Below, piece after piece: positions 23,533 to 32,638 of a stretch of 37,024 nucleotides of DNA. Made by a program: the position numbers and the translations under genes. The DNA is taken from IMG/VR virus record IMGVR_UViG_3300042814_000089, positions 1-37,024 of that record. One strand, given 5' to 3'. The number at the start of each line of letters is the position of its first letter. Position 1 is the stretch's first letter. The notes under the pieces are model-generated. The model saw only the letters and a list, made by a program, of their open reading frames with translations. It had not been told where the DNA came from and ran no database searches. The DNA comes from a virus (Duplodnaviria; Caudoviricetes).

Positions 23533-24567
23533 GTGCCGACCCTGCGGGATCTCAGACGCGCCACGGCCGACCGGGTCGCCCCGTGCGAGCTTGGGACCTC
23601 GGGCGTGCTCGAGGGGAGCAGGTACGTCGGCACGGCCTTTGACGGGTCGCGCCGACGGATCGTCTCCTCGGAGCTGGTCAGCATCGACGCGCTCGGGACG
23701 GGTCCCGAGGCCCCGACGGACGCGCTCAAGAACGACTGGCTCTACCTGCTCACGGACCCGCCCGAGCAGCGCCGCATCCCCGAGGGCGCGTTCGTCGGCT
23801 ACGCCCGAGCTGACGAGACCGTGACGGGCACCACGGCGCTCACGGCGCCCGATGCGCCCGTGGCGTACCTCGACGTCGAACGGCCGTTCTCATCGCTGGT
23901 GGCGCCAGGGACGCCGTTCGAGATCCACGCCATCCCGCCCGAGAGAGGCGGCAGGTCGGCGGGCCTGCACGCGCACGTCCGCCACGCGACCAGGGTCATC
24001 CTGCGCGAGGACACCGTGCTGGTGCCTGGCGCCTCGGGGCGCACCACACTCGACGTGACGGCGTCGTTCCCGTGGATGCAGACCGTGGCGTGCTTCGTCG
24101 GGGCCACCTACGTCGAGACCGTCCAGGGCGTCGAGAGCTGGGCCATCCCAGGAGCGCGGCTGCGCCTCGACGGTGACCGCGTGCTGCTCACACCGAACAC
24201 CACGGCGACGGGCCAGAGCCTGCCCGTGCGCGTCCTCCGCCCGCTCTCGTCCTGGATCAAGCCCGCGCTCTCGTCCGTCTGGGCGGAATCGTCGGCTGGG
24301 CTGGTCGACGAGGACGACCAGTGCCTCGGGGACGCGGACGCCATCTCGCTGGTGGCGGCCTTCCACGCGGCGGAGGAGCAGGCGCACGCCTCCATCGTGG
24401 GATCGGGCGCCCAGACCTACTGGCTCAGCAGGGCCGCGCAGTTCGCCGCCAGGAGCGTCTTCCTCCGCGATCAACGAGTCCGCCGCCCGTCCACGGGCGC
24501 GGTCTGGCCCGATCTGGTGTCCGTCGACGGGCCGCTCGGTGGCAAGTTCGGCGCCGGCTGGCGCTGA
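23533..24567 (+). CDS. Putative head-tail adaptor protein
   Basis: GTG start MPTLRDLRRATADRV (TLxxLR N-terminal helix common in adaptors); synteny. Confidence 0.6.
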   Translation: MPTLRDLRRATADRVAPCELGTSGVLEGSRYVGTAFDGSRRRIVSSELVSIDALGTGPEAPTDALKNDWLYLLTDPPEQRRIPEGAFVGYARADETVTGTTALTAPDAPVAYLDVERPFSSLVAPGTPFEIHAIPPERGGRSAGLHAHVRHATRVILREDTVLVPGASGRTTLDVTASFPWMQTVACFVGATYVETVQGVESWAIPGARLRLDGDRVLLTPNTTATGQSLPVRVLRPLSSWIKPALSSVWAESSAGLVDEDDQCLGDADAISLVAAFHAAEEQAHASIVGSGAQTYWLSRAAQFAARSVFLRDQRVRRPSTGAVWPDLVSVDGPLGGKFGAGWR

Positions 24568-26564
24568 TGCCGAACCGCAGCCGCGGCAAGTTCGACATCG
24601 TCCTGGACGGCGGCGACCTGCTGATGGGCTTTTCGCTCGCCCGCGAGGTCGACAAGCCCGCGGTCGTCCCAGGCGAGCTTGCGCCGGCCCGCCTTGACGA
24701 GCAGGTCCGCAACGCCGACCTGCCGCGGGTGGTCGACAACCTCGACGCGGGCATGGGCTATAGCCGGCGCCTCGAGCGGGTCCCGAACGGCTACGCCTAC
24801 GCGTTCCCTGGGTACACCAGGGCGCCAGGCGGCATCTTCTGCCAGGCGGGCAAGCTGACCGAGATCACCCTGCCCGCGGGCTGGCCCAGGGCCGCCATCA
24901 CCTGCTCCGAGCGGTTCCGTACCCCCGCGGGCACGTTCGTCTACCTCGGGACCGAGGGGCCGCACATCCTGGTCCTGTCCGACGACGGCCTGACGGCGAC
25001 CATCGCGCGCACCTTCACGACCCCAGGCTGGGCGACGGGCAGCATGGTCGTCTTCAACAATCGCCTCTACTGCGGCAGTGGCGTCGGGCTCGGCTACCTC
25101 GACGGCGCCGACGGGACCTGGCACGAGGTGTCGACCGTCATCAAGCCGTACCTGGCCGCGCAGTCCTGGCGCCCGCTGGGCGTGCCGACCGAGGTGATCG
25201 TCGGGATCTCGCAGGAGCTCAACTACAACACGATCAGATGGTGCCCGATCACGGCTGACCCGATGGTCGACGCGAACTGGGGCGCCCCCGTCAGGGTTGG
25301 GGCCGCGGGCTCGTCGGACGCCCGCTACCAGGCCAAGAAGCTGGTGGCAGCGCCCCAGCATGTGTACGTCCTCCGTCCCGACGGTGTCTATGACATGGAC
25401 GAATTGGGCGCTCGAACCTTCAATATCGCGCCCTGGATCGCCGAGGGCGTCGACCACTTCAATGGCGGCTGGGGCCTGCACATGGGCGACGGGCTCTACT
25501 ACGCCCACGCCCAGGGGCTGGCCTTCGTGCCGACCACGGGCGAGACCATCTACCGCCCCGAGTGGGCCGACCCAGGCTTCGGGCTGCCGTACGAGGGTCC
25601 CGTGCGGGGGCTGGTGGCCGCCGGCACGCTGTTCAGCGGCTGGGGGCTGCTCGGGCAGTGGGCGCCGAGCCTGCCCGAGTCGTACGTGGTGGCGGGGCGG
25701 CGCATGCCGAGCGGGACCGGGTCCGAGGCCACGCACGTCTGGCACGGCGCCGAGGCCGTCGTCCCTGGGCGCATCACGCATATGCGGGTCTGGACCCAGG
25801 GCTGGGCGCTCGGACAGCCGCGGCTGCTGATCACGACGACCGACGGCGGCACGCCCGCGCCGACCGTCCGCGCCTACTGGCAGAGCCAGCCCAAGTCGGG
25901 CACCCCGATCCAGGAGCTGCTCTGGGGCGGCGGCTTCCAGCCCGCGGACGCGGCTTCGCTGTTCCTGCCAGCGGACCCGTACGAGCGGCCGTCGGCGGTC
26001 AAGACCATGCTGCAGTTCGAACTGGTCACCGAGAACATGGACCTGGGATCTGACCTCGTCAAGGTCTACGCAAGCTCGGACACGATGCCCGACTGGGCGC
26101 TCCAGGGCACGGCCGACGCGGGCACCTACGCCGCGTTCGCGCCGCTCGAGCTGACCGAGGGGCGGTACATCAAGACGCGGATCGACCTGGTCGGCTCGCC
26201 GATCCTGCGCTCGGCCGACTTGCGGGCCGCGCTGGGCATCGAGCTGCGAGAAGCCAGGACCTACCGCGTGGTGCTCGGCTACGACAATGGGCTCGGGACG
26301 CCAGCCGGCGGCCGCGAGCTGCGGGACCCCGAGCAGCGCCTGGCGGACCTCCGCACGATGCTCGGGCGGGTGGTGACGCTCGAGGCCGAGACCCCGCTGC
26401 GGGTGCGGGTGCTGCAAGTCCTGGCGCCCGAGCGGCGGCAGCTCGGGGCCGCCAACCGAGCCGGCGCCTGGGCGATCGTCGTCCCGATTCTCGTCTCCAT
26501 CCTCGACCATCCGTTCCGCTACGACGGAGCTGACCACTACGACACCGACAGGACCTGGGGGTGA
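24567..26564 (+). CDS. Putative tail nozzle/stabilisation protein (beta-propeller-like)
   Basis: 665 aa beta-rich (MVVFNNRLYCG, VYVLRPDGVY), TGATG-coupled to the adaptor. Confidence 0.6.
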   Translation: MPNRSRGKFDIVLDGGDLLMGFSLAREVDKPAVVPGELAPARLDEQVRNADLPRVVDNLDAGMGYSRRLERVPNGYAYAFPGYTRAPGGIFCQAGKLTEITLPAGWPRAAITCSERFRTPAGTFVYLGTEGPHILVLSDDGLTATIARTFTTPGWATGSMVVFNNRLYCGSGVGLGYLDGADGTWHEVSTVIKPYLAAQSWRPLGVPTEVIVGISQELNYNTIRWCPITADPMVDANWGAPVRVGAAGSSDARYQAKKLVAAPQHVYVLRPDGVYDMDELGARTFNIAPWIAEGVDHFNGGWGLHMGDGLYYAHAQGLAFVPTTGETIYRPEWADPGFGLPYEGPVRGLVAAGTLFSGWGLLGQWAPSLPESYVVAGRRMPSGTGSEATHVWHGAEAVVPGRITHMRVWTQGWALGQPRLLITTTDGGTPAPTVRAYWQSQPKSGTPIQELLWGGGFQPADAASLFLPADPYERPSAVKTMLQFELVTENMDLGSDLVKVYASSDTMPDWALQGTADAGTYAAFAPLELTEGRYIKTRIDLVGSPILRSADLRAALGIELREARTYRVVLGYDNGLGTPAGGRELRDPEQRLADLRTMLGRVVTLEAETPLRVRVLQVLAPERRQLGAANRAGAWAIVVPILVSILDHPFRYDGADHYDTDRTWG

Positions 26565-26568
26565 ACCC

Positions 26569-27540
26569 ATGACGCTGGGGCTGGTCCCGAGAAGTGCGCG
26601 GTCGTTGGCCGAGCACCTGAATAAGTATTACCGCGTCCTCACGGGGGTCGATGCCGACTCGGTGGCCCTGCGCCTCCCCGCGGGCGGATCGTTCGAGGTG
26701 CGCCACTCGGTGACGCAAGCCCCGATCCTCAAGGTCACCGACGCGGGCCTCACGGGCACCATCGACGGCGCATCCGTGGCCGACGGCACGATCAGCTCGG
26801 CCGAGATCGCCGACGACACCATCGTGAACGCGGACGTCAACGCTGCCGCCAACATTGCTGTCTCGAAACTGGCCCATATCGGGGCTGGCAACGTGCTGCG
26901 CTCGAACGGCTCAGGCAACGTCGGCGGGCCCGTGGTCACGACCGACATGGTCATCAACACCATCAACGCCGACCGCTTACAGGACAGCACGATCACGGCG
27001 GCGAAGCTCGGAGGCAGCCTCACCGCACAGGGCAGCGGGCTGATCGCCGCACAGGTGCTCGGGTCGGCCTCGACGATCGTGACCTTCTCAGGCATCCCGC
27101 AGACGTTCAAGCACCTCCAGCTGGTGCTCTCCGGGCGGTCGGACGCAGCAGCCACGGCGGTCAACGCCACGCTGCGCTTCAACCTCGACGCCTCCGGCCT
27201 CTACCAGGGTGAGTCGATGTCGGCGTCAGGCTCGACGGTGAGCGCGCTCGAGCAGGCGCCCACCTCGACCTCCGCCTTCATCGGATCGGTGCCGGCGGCG
27301 AGCGGTGGCGCGAACATCTTCAACGCGACGACGCTGATCATCCCCAACTACACCGTCACCCGCTTCCGGAGCCTGCACGGCTCGTGTCAGTTCGCGACCA
27401 ATAATCTGGCGGGGCAGGCGGGCATCCAGACGTTCGGGATGATCTACTACGGGACGGCGCCCGTGACGACCATCCAGATCGCGCTCTCGGCGGGCCAGTG
27501 GGTGACCGGCAGCGTCTTCAGCCTCTACGGGCTCAACTGA
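26569..27540 (+). CDS. Tail fibre-like protein
   Basis: ADGTI...IAD..I...I..SKLA fibre repeats; C-terminal TFSGIPQTFKHL...GSVFSLYG domain. Confidence 0.75.
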   Translation: MTLGLVPRSARSLAEHLNKYYRVLTGVDADSVALRLPAGGSFEVRHSVTQAPILKVTDAGLTGTIDGASVADGTISSAEIADDTIVNADVNAAANIAVSKLAHIGAGNVLRSNGSGNVGGPVVTTDMVINTINADRLQDSTITAAKLGGSLTAQGSGLIAAQVLGSASTIVTFSGIPQTFKHLQLVLSGRSDAAATAVNATLRFNLDASGLYQGESMSASGSTVSALEQAPTSTSAFIGSVPAASGGANIFNATTLIIPNYTVTRFRSLHGSCQFATNNLAGQAGIQTFGMIYYGTAPVTTIQIALSAGQWVTGSVFSLYGLN

Positions 27541-27553
27541 CGGGGAGGGGACC

Positions 27554-28060
27554 GTGGCCGACTCCGTGATCATCATCGACGCCTCGGGCTCGGGAGCCCC
27601 GCCCGAGATCCGCCCGCCGACGCCCGAGGAGCAGGCCCAACTCGACGCCGACCGAGCCGCCGCCGCGGCTCGGGTCGTCGCCGTCGGGGCGCGCAACGTC
27701 TCGCACACCATCCGCACGACCGACGACGTCGCAGCCGAGATCCTGCGCTTCCCGACGCACTCCAAGCACGTGTACCGCGCGACGCTGCGGGTCTGCGGGA
27801 TCGACGCGGGCAACGGCACCACCAGAGATAGCCAGGTCGTGATGGTGTTCAAGGGACTGGCCTCCAGCCTGGGTCAGGTGGGGGCGACCGCCGTGCTCTG
27901 GAACATGCAGGACACCGCGGCGGCATCCTGGCGTATCCAGCCCTCGGTGCAAGGCGCCGACCTCGTGGTCCAGGTCACGGGCGCGGTGGGACGCACGATT
28001 GACTGGTCGCTGGCGGGCGAGGTGGGCGCCTTCGCGCCCGAAGGACTGGACGTCGGATGA
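27554..28060 (+). CDS. Tail-associated protein, paralog A
   Basis: RBS GGGAGG; RPPTPEEQAQ N-terminus; domain shared with the next gene. Confidence 0.7.
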   Translation: MADSVIIIDASGSGAPPEIRPPTPEEQAQLDADRAAAAARVVAVGARNVSHTIRTTDDVAAEILRFPTHSKHVYRATLRVCGIDAGNGTTRDSQVVMVFKGLASSLGQVGATAVLWNMQDTAAASWRIQPSVQGADLVVQVTGAVGRTIDWSLAGEVGAFAPEGLDVG

Positions 28061-28650
28061 TCGTCACCAGGCCGATCGACCTCGACCTGCTGGGGCGCGA
28101 GCTCGAGGCAGCCGCGGTGCCGTTCCATTTCCTCGGCATGAACGTCGCCCTGCCGTCGCCCGAGACCCCGGGCGACCTGTTCACCTACGACGACGCGGGC
28201 GGCCGCGCCGAACTGCCGCCCGAGGCCCAGCCCGTGGTGGACGCGCACGTGGCGCCCCCCAGGGTGGTCGAGTACGTCGAGACCAGGGCGGTCTCGGCGG
28301 TCACGAGGACGACCGACGGCGCCTTCCGTGAGATCTGGCGACTGGCCACCCAGCCGAAGCACGTCTATCGGGCCGCGCTCGAGATGCGGGCGACCGACGC
28401 CGCCGACGGGACAACGAAGGCCCAGGAGGCCAGGCTGGTCTTCAAGGGGACGGCGTCGACCGTCGTCCAGGTCGGAGCGACGGTGGTGCTCTGGGCGGCC
28501 CAGGACGCGGCGGCCACGGGCTGGGCCATCCAGGCCCAGGTGCAGGGCACCGACCTGCTGTTCGGCGTGCGCGGAGCGGCGGGCAAGACGATCGACTGGT
28601 CCCTGGACGGTGCCGTCGTCGTGTTCGCCCCGTCGGGACTCGAGGGCTAG
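28057..28650 (+). CDS. Tail-associated protein, paralog B
   Basis: RTTD...KHVYRA.L...VFKG...QVGAT.VLW..QD...VQG.DL...TIDWSL.G...FAP.GL shared with 27554..28060. Confidence 0.7.
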   Translation: MIVTRPIDLDLLGRELEAAAVPFHFLGMNVALPSPETPGDLFTYDDAGGRAELPPEAQPVVDAHVAPPRVVEYVETRAVSAVTRTTDGAFREIWRLATQPKHVYRAALEMRATDAADGTTKAQEARLVFKGTASTVVQVGATVVLWAAQDAAATGWAIQAQVQGTDLLFGVRGAAGKTIDWSLDGAVVVFAPSGLEG

Positions 28651-28653
28651 GCC

Positions 28654-29724
28654 GTGCCCGACAACAGCCTGCTGGACGCGACGCCCGGGGCTACGCCCGA
28701 GCACGACGACGTCCAGCAGCAGATCGAGGCCGAGGCCGGGCGGGGTCCTCGCGGCATCCTGCGTCGGTGGCTGGCATCGGACAGCGTCCGAGCAACGCCA
28801 TCGGATGCGGGCCGCGTCGTGCTGACCTCGGACGCGACGGGCGTCAAGATCAGCCGAGATAACGGCACCACCCTCCCGACGAACGTCATCAACGACGGCA
28901 CGGCGGCTGGTGGCGCCCTGACGGGGGCCTATCCGAACCCGACCGTCTCGGTGGCGGGCATGGACGCGGTCGTCCCGCCAGGGACGGTTTGGGCCTGGGC
29001 GGGCACGGTCGCACCCGCGGGCTGGCTGCCGTGCGACGGCGTCTCGAGGGCGACCGCGACGTACCCGAAGCTCTTTGCGGCGATCGGCTACACCTACGGC
29101 GGATCGGGCGCCGTGTTCGCGACGCCGAACCTGGTCGGCAAGGTGATCCTGGGGGTCTCGGGCACCCACCCGCTCGGTCAGACGGGCGGCTCCGAGACGG
29201 CGGCGGGGCCCGCGCACACCCACACGGGCACGCACAGCCACGGGTTGAACAGCCACGCCCACGATATCTCGGGGCACAGTCACCGTCTTACCTCGAGCCA
29301 CACCCACGGGCCAGGGGCGCACACCCACGGCCTGAACGGGCACCGCCACGACATCGGCCACAACCACGCCAACGCCGTCGGGGCGGCTGTCGCCTCGTCG
29401 ACGGTGCTGAACGGTCGGTTCCTGGCCGGGGGAGTGAACGCGCTGCCCGACACCCACACCCATGACGTCGACCTGCCCAACTTCCCCGCCACGGACAGCG
29501 GCGTTCCGTCGGCCGGCGCCGTGGACACCGCCACCCCGTCAGCTGCCGACACGGGCACGGTGACGGGCACGCCCTCGACGGGGATCTCGTCGGCCACCGA
29601 CACCGGCGCGGCCACGGGCTCGACCGCCGACGACGGGAGCGCCCCCGCGGCCGTCTACGGGGCGACGACGGTGCCGACCATGATGCCGTTCACGGCGATC
29701 GCCTACATCATCAGAACGGGCTAG
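28654..29724 (+). CDS. Tail fibre with phage tail collar domain and HxH needle repeats
   Basis: VPPGTVWAWAG..APAGWLPCDG...YPKLFAAIG..YG...F.TPNL.G; nine HxH motifs; C-terminal MPF.AIAYIIR. Confidence 0.9.
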   Translation: MPDNSLLDATPGATPEHDDVQQQIEAEAGRGPRGILRRWLASDSVRATPSDAGRVVLTSDATGVKISRDNGTTLPTNVINDGTAAGGALTGAYPNPTVSVAGMDAVVPPGTVWAWAGTVAPAGWLPCDGVSRATATYPKLFAAIGYTYGGSGAVFATPNLVGKVILGVSGTHPLGQTGGSETAAGPAHTHTGTHSHGLNSHAHDISGHSHRLTSSHTHGPGAHTHGLNGHRHDIGHNHANAVGAAVASSTVLNGRFLAGGVNALPDTHTHDVDLPNFPATDSGVPSAGAVDTATPSAADTGTVTGTPSTGISSATDTGAATGSTADDGSAPAAVYGATTVPTMMPFTAIAYIIRTG

Positions 29725-29733
29725 GAGGCCGCC

Positions 29734-30159
29734 ATGCCGCTCGCACCGTCCATCACTACCGCGGCGCGGTCCGCTGCCGCCAACGCCGTCACCGCGTTGG
29801 TGGACGCGGGCTCGCAGGCGGCCCGCCTGCGGATCTACTCGGGGACGCCGCCCGCCGACGTCAACGCCGCGCTCTCGGGCAACACGCTCTTAGCTGACCT
29901 GGCGATGTCGGACCCCGCCTTTGGGGCGGCATCCGCTGGGGTCTCGACGGCTGCTGCGATCACGTCCGACACCAGCGCCGACGCCACGGGCACGGCCACG
30001 TTCTTCCGGGTCGGCGCCTGGGATGGCACGACGTTTACGCCGACCTTCCAGGGGTCGGTCGGCACCTCGGGCTGCGACCTGAACCTCAGCTCGACGTCGA
30101 TCACGCTCGGGGGTACGGTCGCGGTGTCGTCATTGACCTACACGCAGGTCGGGAGCTAG
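29734..30159 (+). CDS. Virion structural (tail-associated) protein
   Basis: RBS AGGAGG; LRIYSGT.PA...LLA...ATGTATFFR...QGSVGTSG.DLNL pattern common in phage tail regions. Confidence 0.75.
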   Translation: MPLAPSITTAARSAAANAVTALVDAGSQAARLRIYSGTPPADVNAALSGNTLLADLAMSDPAFGAASAGVSTAAAITSDTSADATGTATFFRVGAWDGTTFTPTFQGSVGTSGCDLNLSSTSITLGGTVAVSSLTYTQVGS

Positions 30160-30164
30160 CAGCC

Positions 30165-30896
30165 GTGGCAGATAATATCCGCGTGGTGCCCTCGGCGAAT
30201 GGCGCCGACCCGCTCGTGGCGACCGACGACATCGCCGGGGTCCAGTACCAGAAGGTCAAATTCGGCTGGGGCGCGGATGGGGTCTGGAACGAGACGACCG
30301 ACACCGACGGGATCAGAGTCCCCGTGGGCGGCGCCCAGCTGGGAGCGGTCAACGAGACGGCGCCCGCCAGCGACATCGCCAACAGCGGCCTGAACGGGCG
30401 GCTCCAGCGCATCGCCCAGCGCCTGACATCCCTCATCGCGCTGCTGCCGGCCGCGCTCGGGGCTAGCGGCGGGCTCAAGGTCGACGGCTCGGGGACAGCG
30501 CTGCCCGTCTCGGGCACGTTCTGGCAGGCGACGCAGCCCGTCTCGGGCACCGTCACCGCGAACGCGGGCACCAACACCAGCACAGCCGCGTTGGGGGCCG
30601 CCACCGCGACCGACCCTGGTGGGACGACGACCAGCCTGCAGGTCGTCGGCGCGACGACGAGCCTGCGTCTGGTCGGCTTCTCGGCTCGCGAGACCACGGG
30701 CACGGCGGGCTCGGTGTTCAACGTCAGGCACGGGACGAGCAATGCAGGCGCGCTGCTGGCCACGGTCAGTCTGGGTGCCAATGAGTCCGCCCGCGAGTGG
30801 TTCGGCCCCGATGGCATCGCCGCGGCCTCGGGGATCTGGCTCGAACGGGTCTCGGGCTCGACGACGTTCGTCGGCTACTCGAAGGTGGCCGCCTGA
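30165..30896 (+). CDS. Virion structural/tail-associated protein
   Basis: MADN...VATDDIAGVQYQKVK...G.DG N-terminus; PVSGT repeats. Confidence 0.7.
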   Translation: MADNIRVVPSANGADPLVATDDIAGVQYQKVKFGWGADGVWNETTDTDGIRVPVGGAQLGAVNETAPASDIANSGLNGRLQRIAQRLTSLIALLPAALGASGGLKVDGSGTALPVSGTFWQATQPVSGTVTANAGTNTSTAALGAATATDPGGTTTSLQVVGATTSLRLVGFSARETTGTAGSVFNVRHGTSNAGALLATVSLGANESAREWFGPDGIAAASGIWLERVSGSTTFVGYSKVAA

Positions 30897-31372
30897 TGGG
30901 ATCGTCCGGCAAGCTGATCTCAAGCGTCGACATCCTCGATGGCGGCGTAGGTACTGTCGACCTGGCCGCGGGCGCCGTGACCCAGAGCGGAGTATCGGCG
31001 GGCGTCTCGACGGTCCAGACGACCAGCACGACCTACGTGACGATCCTCGGCAGCGATGGGCCGTCGGCCGAGCTCAGGGTCGACCTGACGACGCTCGGCG
31101 GCGACCTCCTGGTCTGGCTCAGTGCCGTGTTGGCCGCCGGGACGGGGCAGGTCGTCTACCTCGCCGTGAGCCTGGACGGCGCCGCCGAGGCAGGCGAGCG
31201 ATACGACCTGTCGAACGCCGCGGGAGACCAGCACGTCGTCAGCGTCGTGTACAGGTTCGCAGCGCCGTCCGCGGGAGCGCACAGCGTCCGTGGCCGTTGG
31301 AAGGTATCGGCCGGCACGGGCACGGCATCGACCGTGTTCCGCACGCTGATGGTCATGGAAGCGAAGCGGTGA
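30896..31372 (+). CDS. Tail fibre tip-like beta-sandwich protein
   Basis: TGATG coupling; DLAAGAVT, TTSTTYV, AGAH.V...WK motifs. Confidence 0.65.
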   Translation: MGSSGKLISSVDILDGGVGTVDLAAGAVTQSGVSAGVSTVQTTSTTYVTILGSDGPSAELRVDLTTLGGDLLVWLSAVLAAGTGQVVYLAVSLDGAAEAGERYDLSNAAGDQHVVSVVYRFAAPSAGAHSVRGRWKVSAGTGTASTVFRTLMVMEAKR

Positions 31373-31401
31373 CCGCGGCCGACGGACGGCCAGGCTAGGC
31401 C

Positions 31402-32262
31402 ATGCTGCTGCTGTTCTGGCGGCAGACTGCCGTCGCCGTCACGGGCAGCGCTGCCGTCAGCGTCGGGCACCCAACGCTCGCGGCGTCGGGGACGTTCACC
31501 ACCACGGGCTCGGGCGGCGTTGGGATCGGGCATCCGACCCTGGCGGGCGCCGCGACGTTCACGCCGGCGCCCAGTGTCACGGGCACGGGTGCCGTCTCGA
31601 TCGGGGCGCCGCAGCTCGCGGGCTCTGGTGCGTTCACGGCGCCTGGCATCGTCGCGGGCTCGGGCGGGGTCAGCATCGGCCATCCGACCCTGGCCGGGGC
31701 CGGCGCGTTCACGGGTGCGCCAGGGGCGACGGGCAGCGGCGGCATCAGCATTGGACACCCGACGCTGGCAGCAGCGGCGACGTTCACCACCACGGGTACG
31801 ATTGCTGTCAGCATCGGGCACCCGACGCTGGCGGGGGCCGGCACCTTTGCGGGTGCCCCGAGCATCACGGGTACGGGTGCCGTCTCGATCGGCCATCCGA
31901 CGCTGGCAGCCTCCGGCGCGTCCACGGCGCCTGGGGTCCTCGCGGGCAGCGGCGGGGTCAGCATCGGGCATCCGACGCTGGCAGCAGCGGGAACGGTCGC
32001 CGAGCAGCCGCTGGTCGCCTGGGCAAGCGTGGCTGGCGGTGCGGTGGCGTTCGCGGCGGCGACAGGTGGCACGGTCACGTTCGTGACCACGGGCTCGGCC
32101 GTCGTCACAGCTCCCCTGCAAGCTGGGGTGGTCGCGTTCGAGGGCACGGTAGCGGAGCTGACGTGGGCGGGAGTTGCTGGTGGCACCGTGGCGTTCGTCG
32201 AGACGAGGGCGGACCTGCTCGGGGATCTGAGCGTGTCGGGGCGGGTCCTGGTGGGGGTGTAA
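31402..32262 (+). CDS. Repeat-rich tail-associated protein
   Basis: Eight G..SIGHPTLA..G.F repeats. Confidence 0.75.
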   Translation: MLLLFWRQTAVAVTGSAAVSVGHPTLAASGTFTTTGSGGVGIGHPTLAGAATFTPAPSVTGTGAVSIGAPQLAGSGAFTAPGIVAGSGGVSIGHPTLAGAGAFTGAPGATGSGGISIGHPTLAAAATFTTTGTIAVSIGHPTLAGAGTFAGAPSITGTGAVSIGHPTLAASGASTAPGVLAGSGGVSIGHPTLAAAGTVAEQPLVAWASVAGGAVAFAAATGGTVTFVTTGSAVVTAPLQAGVVAFEGTVAELTWAGVAGGTVAFVETRADLLGDLSVSGRVLVGV

Positions 32263-32263
32263 C

Positions 32264-32638
32264 GTGGCGAGCGATCCCTTTATCGATTTCAAGCAGCAGG
32301 TCGCACGAGGCGACACCATCGTGTTTGACGCGACCATCACCCGCCCGCCAGGGGGCCCGCCCGTCAACCTGACGGGGGCCACGCTGGCCTGCACGGGCCG
32401 GCGGACGCTCGAGGAGGCGGCCGCGGCCTACGTGTTTCGTGTCGGGACGGATTCGGGTATCGTCCTCACGAATCCGACCGCGGGGCAGTGTCGCGTGACC
32501 ATCCCGCCGACGGCGACGGCGTCACTGCCCGACTGGCCCGCGCTCTATGTCGACCTCGAACTGACCGAGGCGGACGGCAGGGTCTCAACGCCCGTCCGTG
32601 GGCGCATCATCCTGACGCCCGATGTGAGCCGGCAGTGA
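32264..32638 (+). CDS. BppU-like/Ig-fold tail protein
   Basis: RGDT....TI....PVNLTGAT...G....IPPTATASL....YVDLELT..DG.VST..RG.I...PDV. Confidence 0.7.
   Translation: MASDPFIDFKQQVARGDTIVFDATITRPPGGPPVNLTGATLACTGRRTLEEAAAAYVFRVGTDSGIVLTNPTAGQCRVTIPPTATASLPDWPALYVDLELTEADGRVSTPVRGRIILTPDVSRQ

Noticed and set aside
9282-26570. Very long minus-strand ORFs (e.g. 9282..11168, 12659..15019, 22041..23729, 24471..26570)
   Set aside because: Shadow ORFs expected opposite high-GC3 genes; Arg/Gly/Ala-rich with no motifs, fully overlapping well-supported + strand genes.
26569-32638. Diversity-generating retroelement or invertible tail-fibre shufflon
   Set aside because: No reverse transcriptase, no TR/VR pair differing at adenines, and no inverted cassettes seen.
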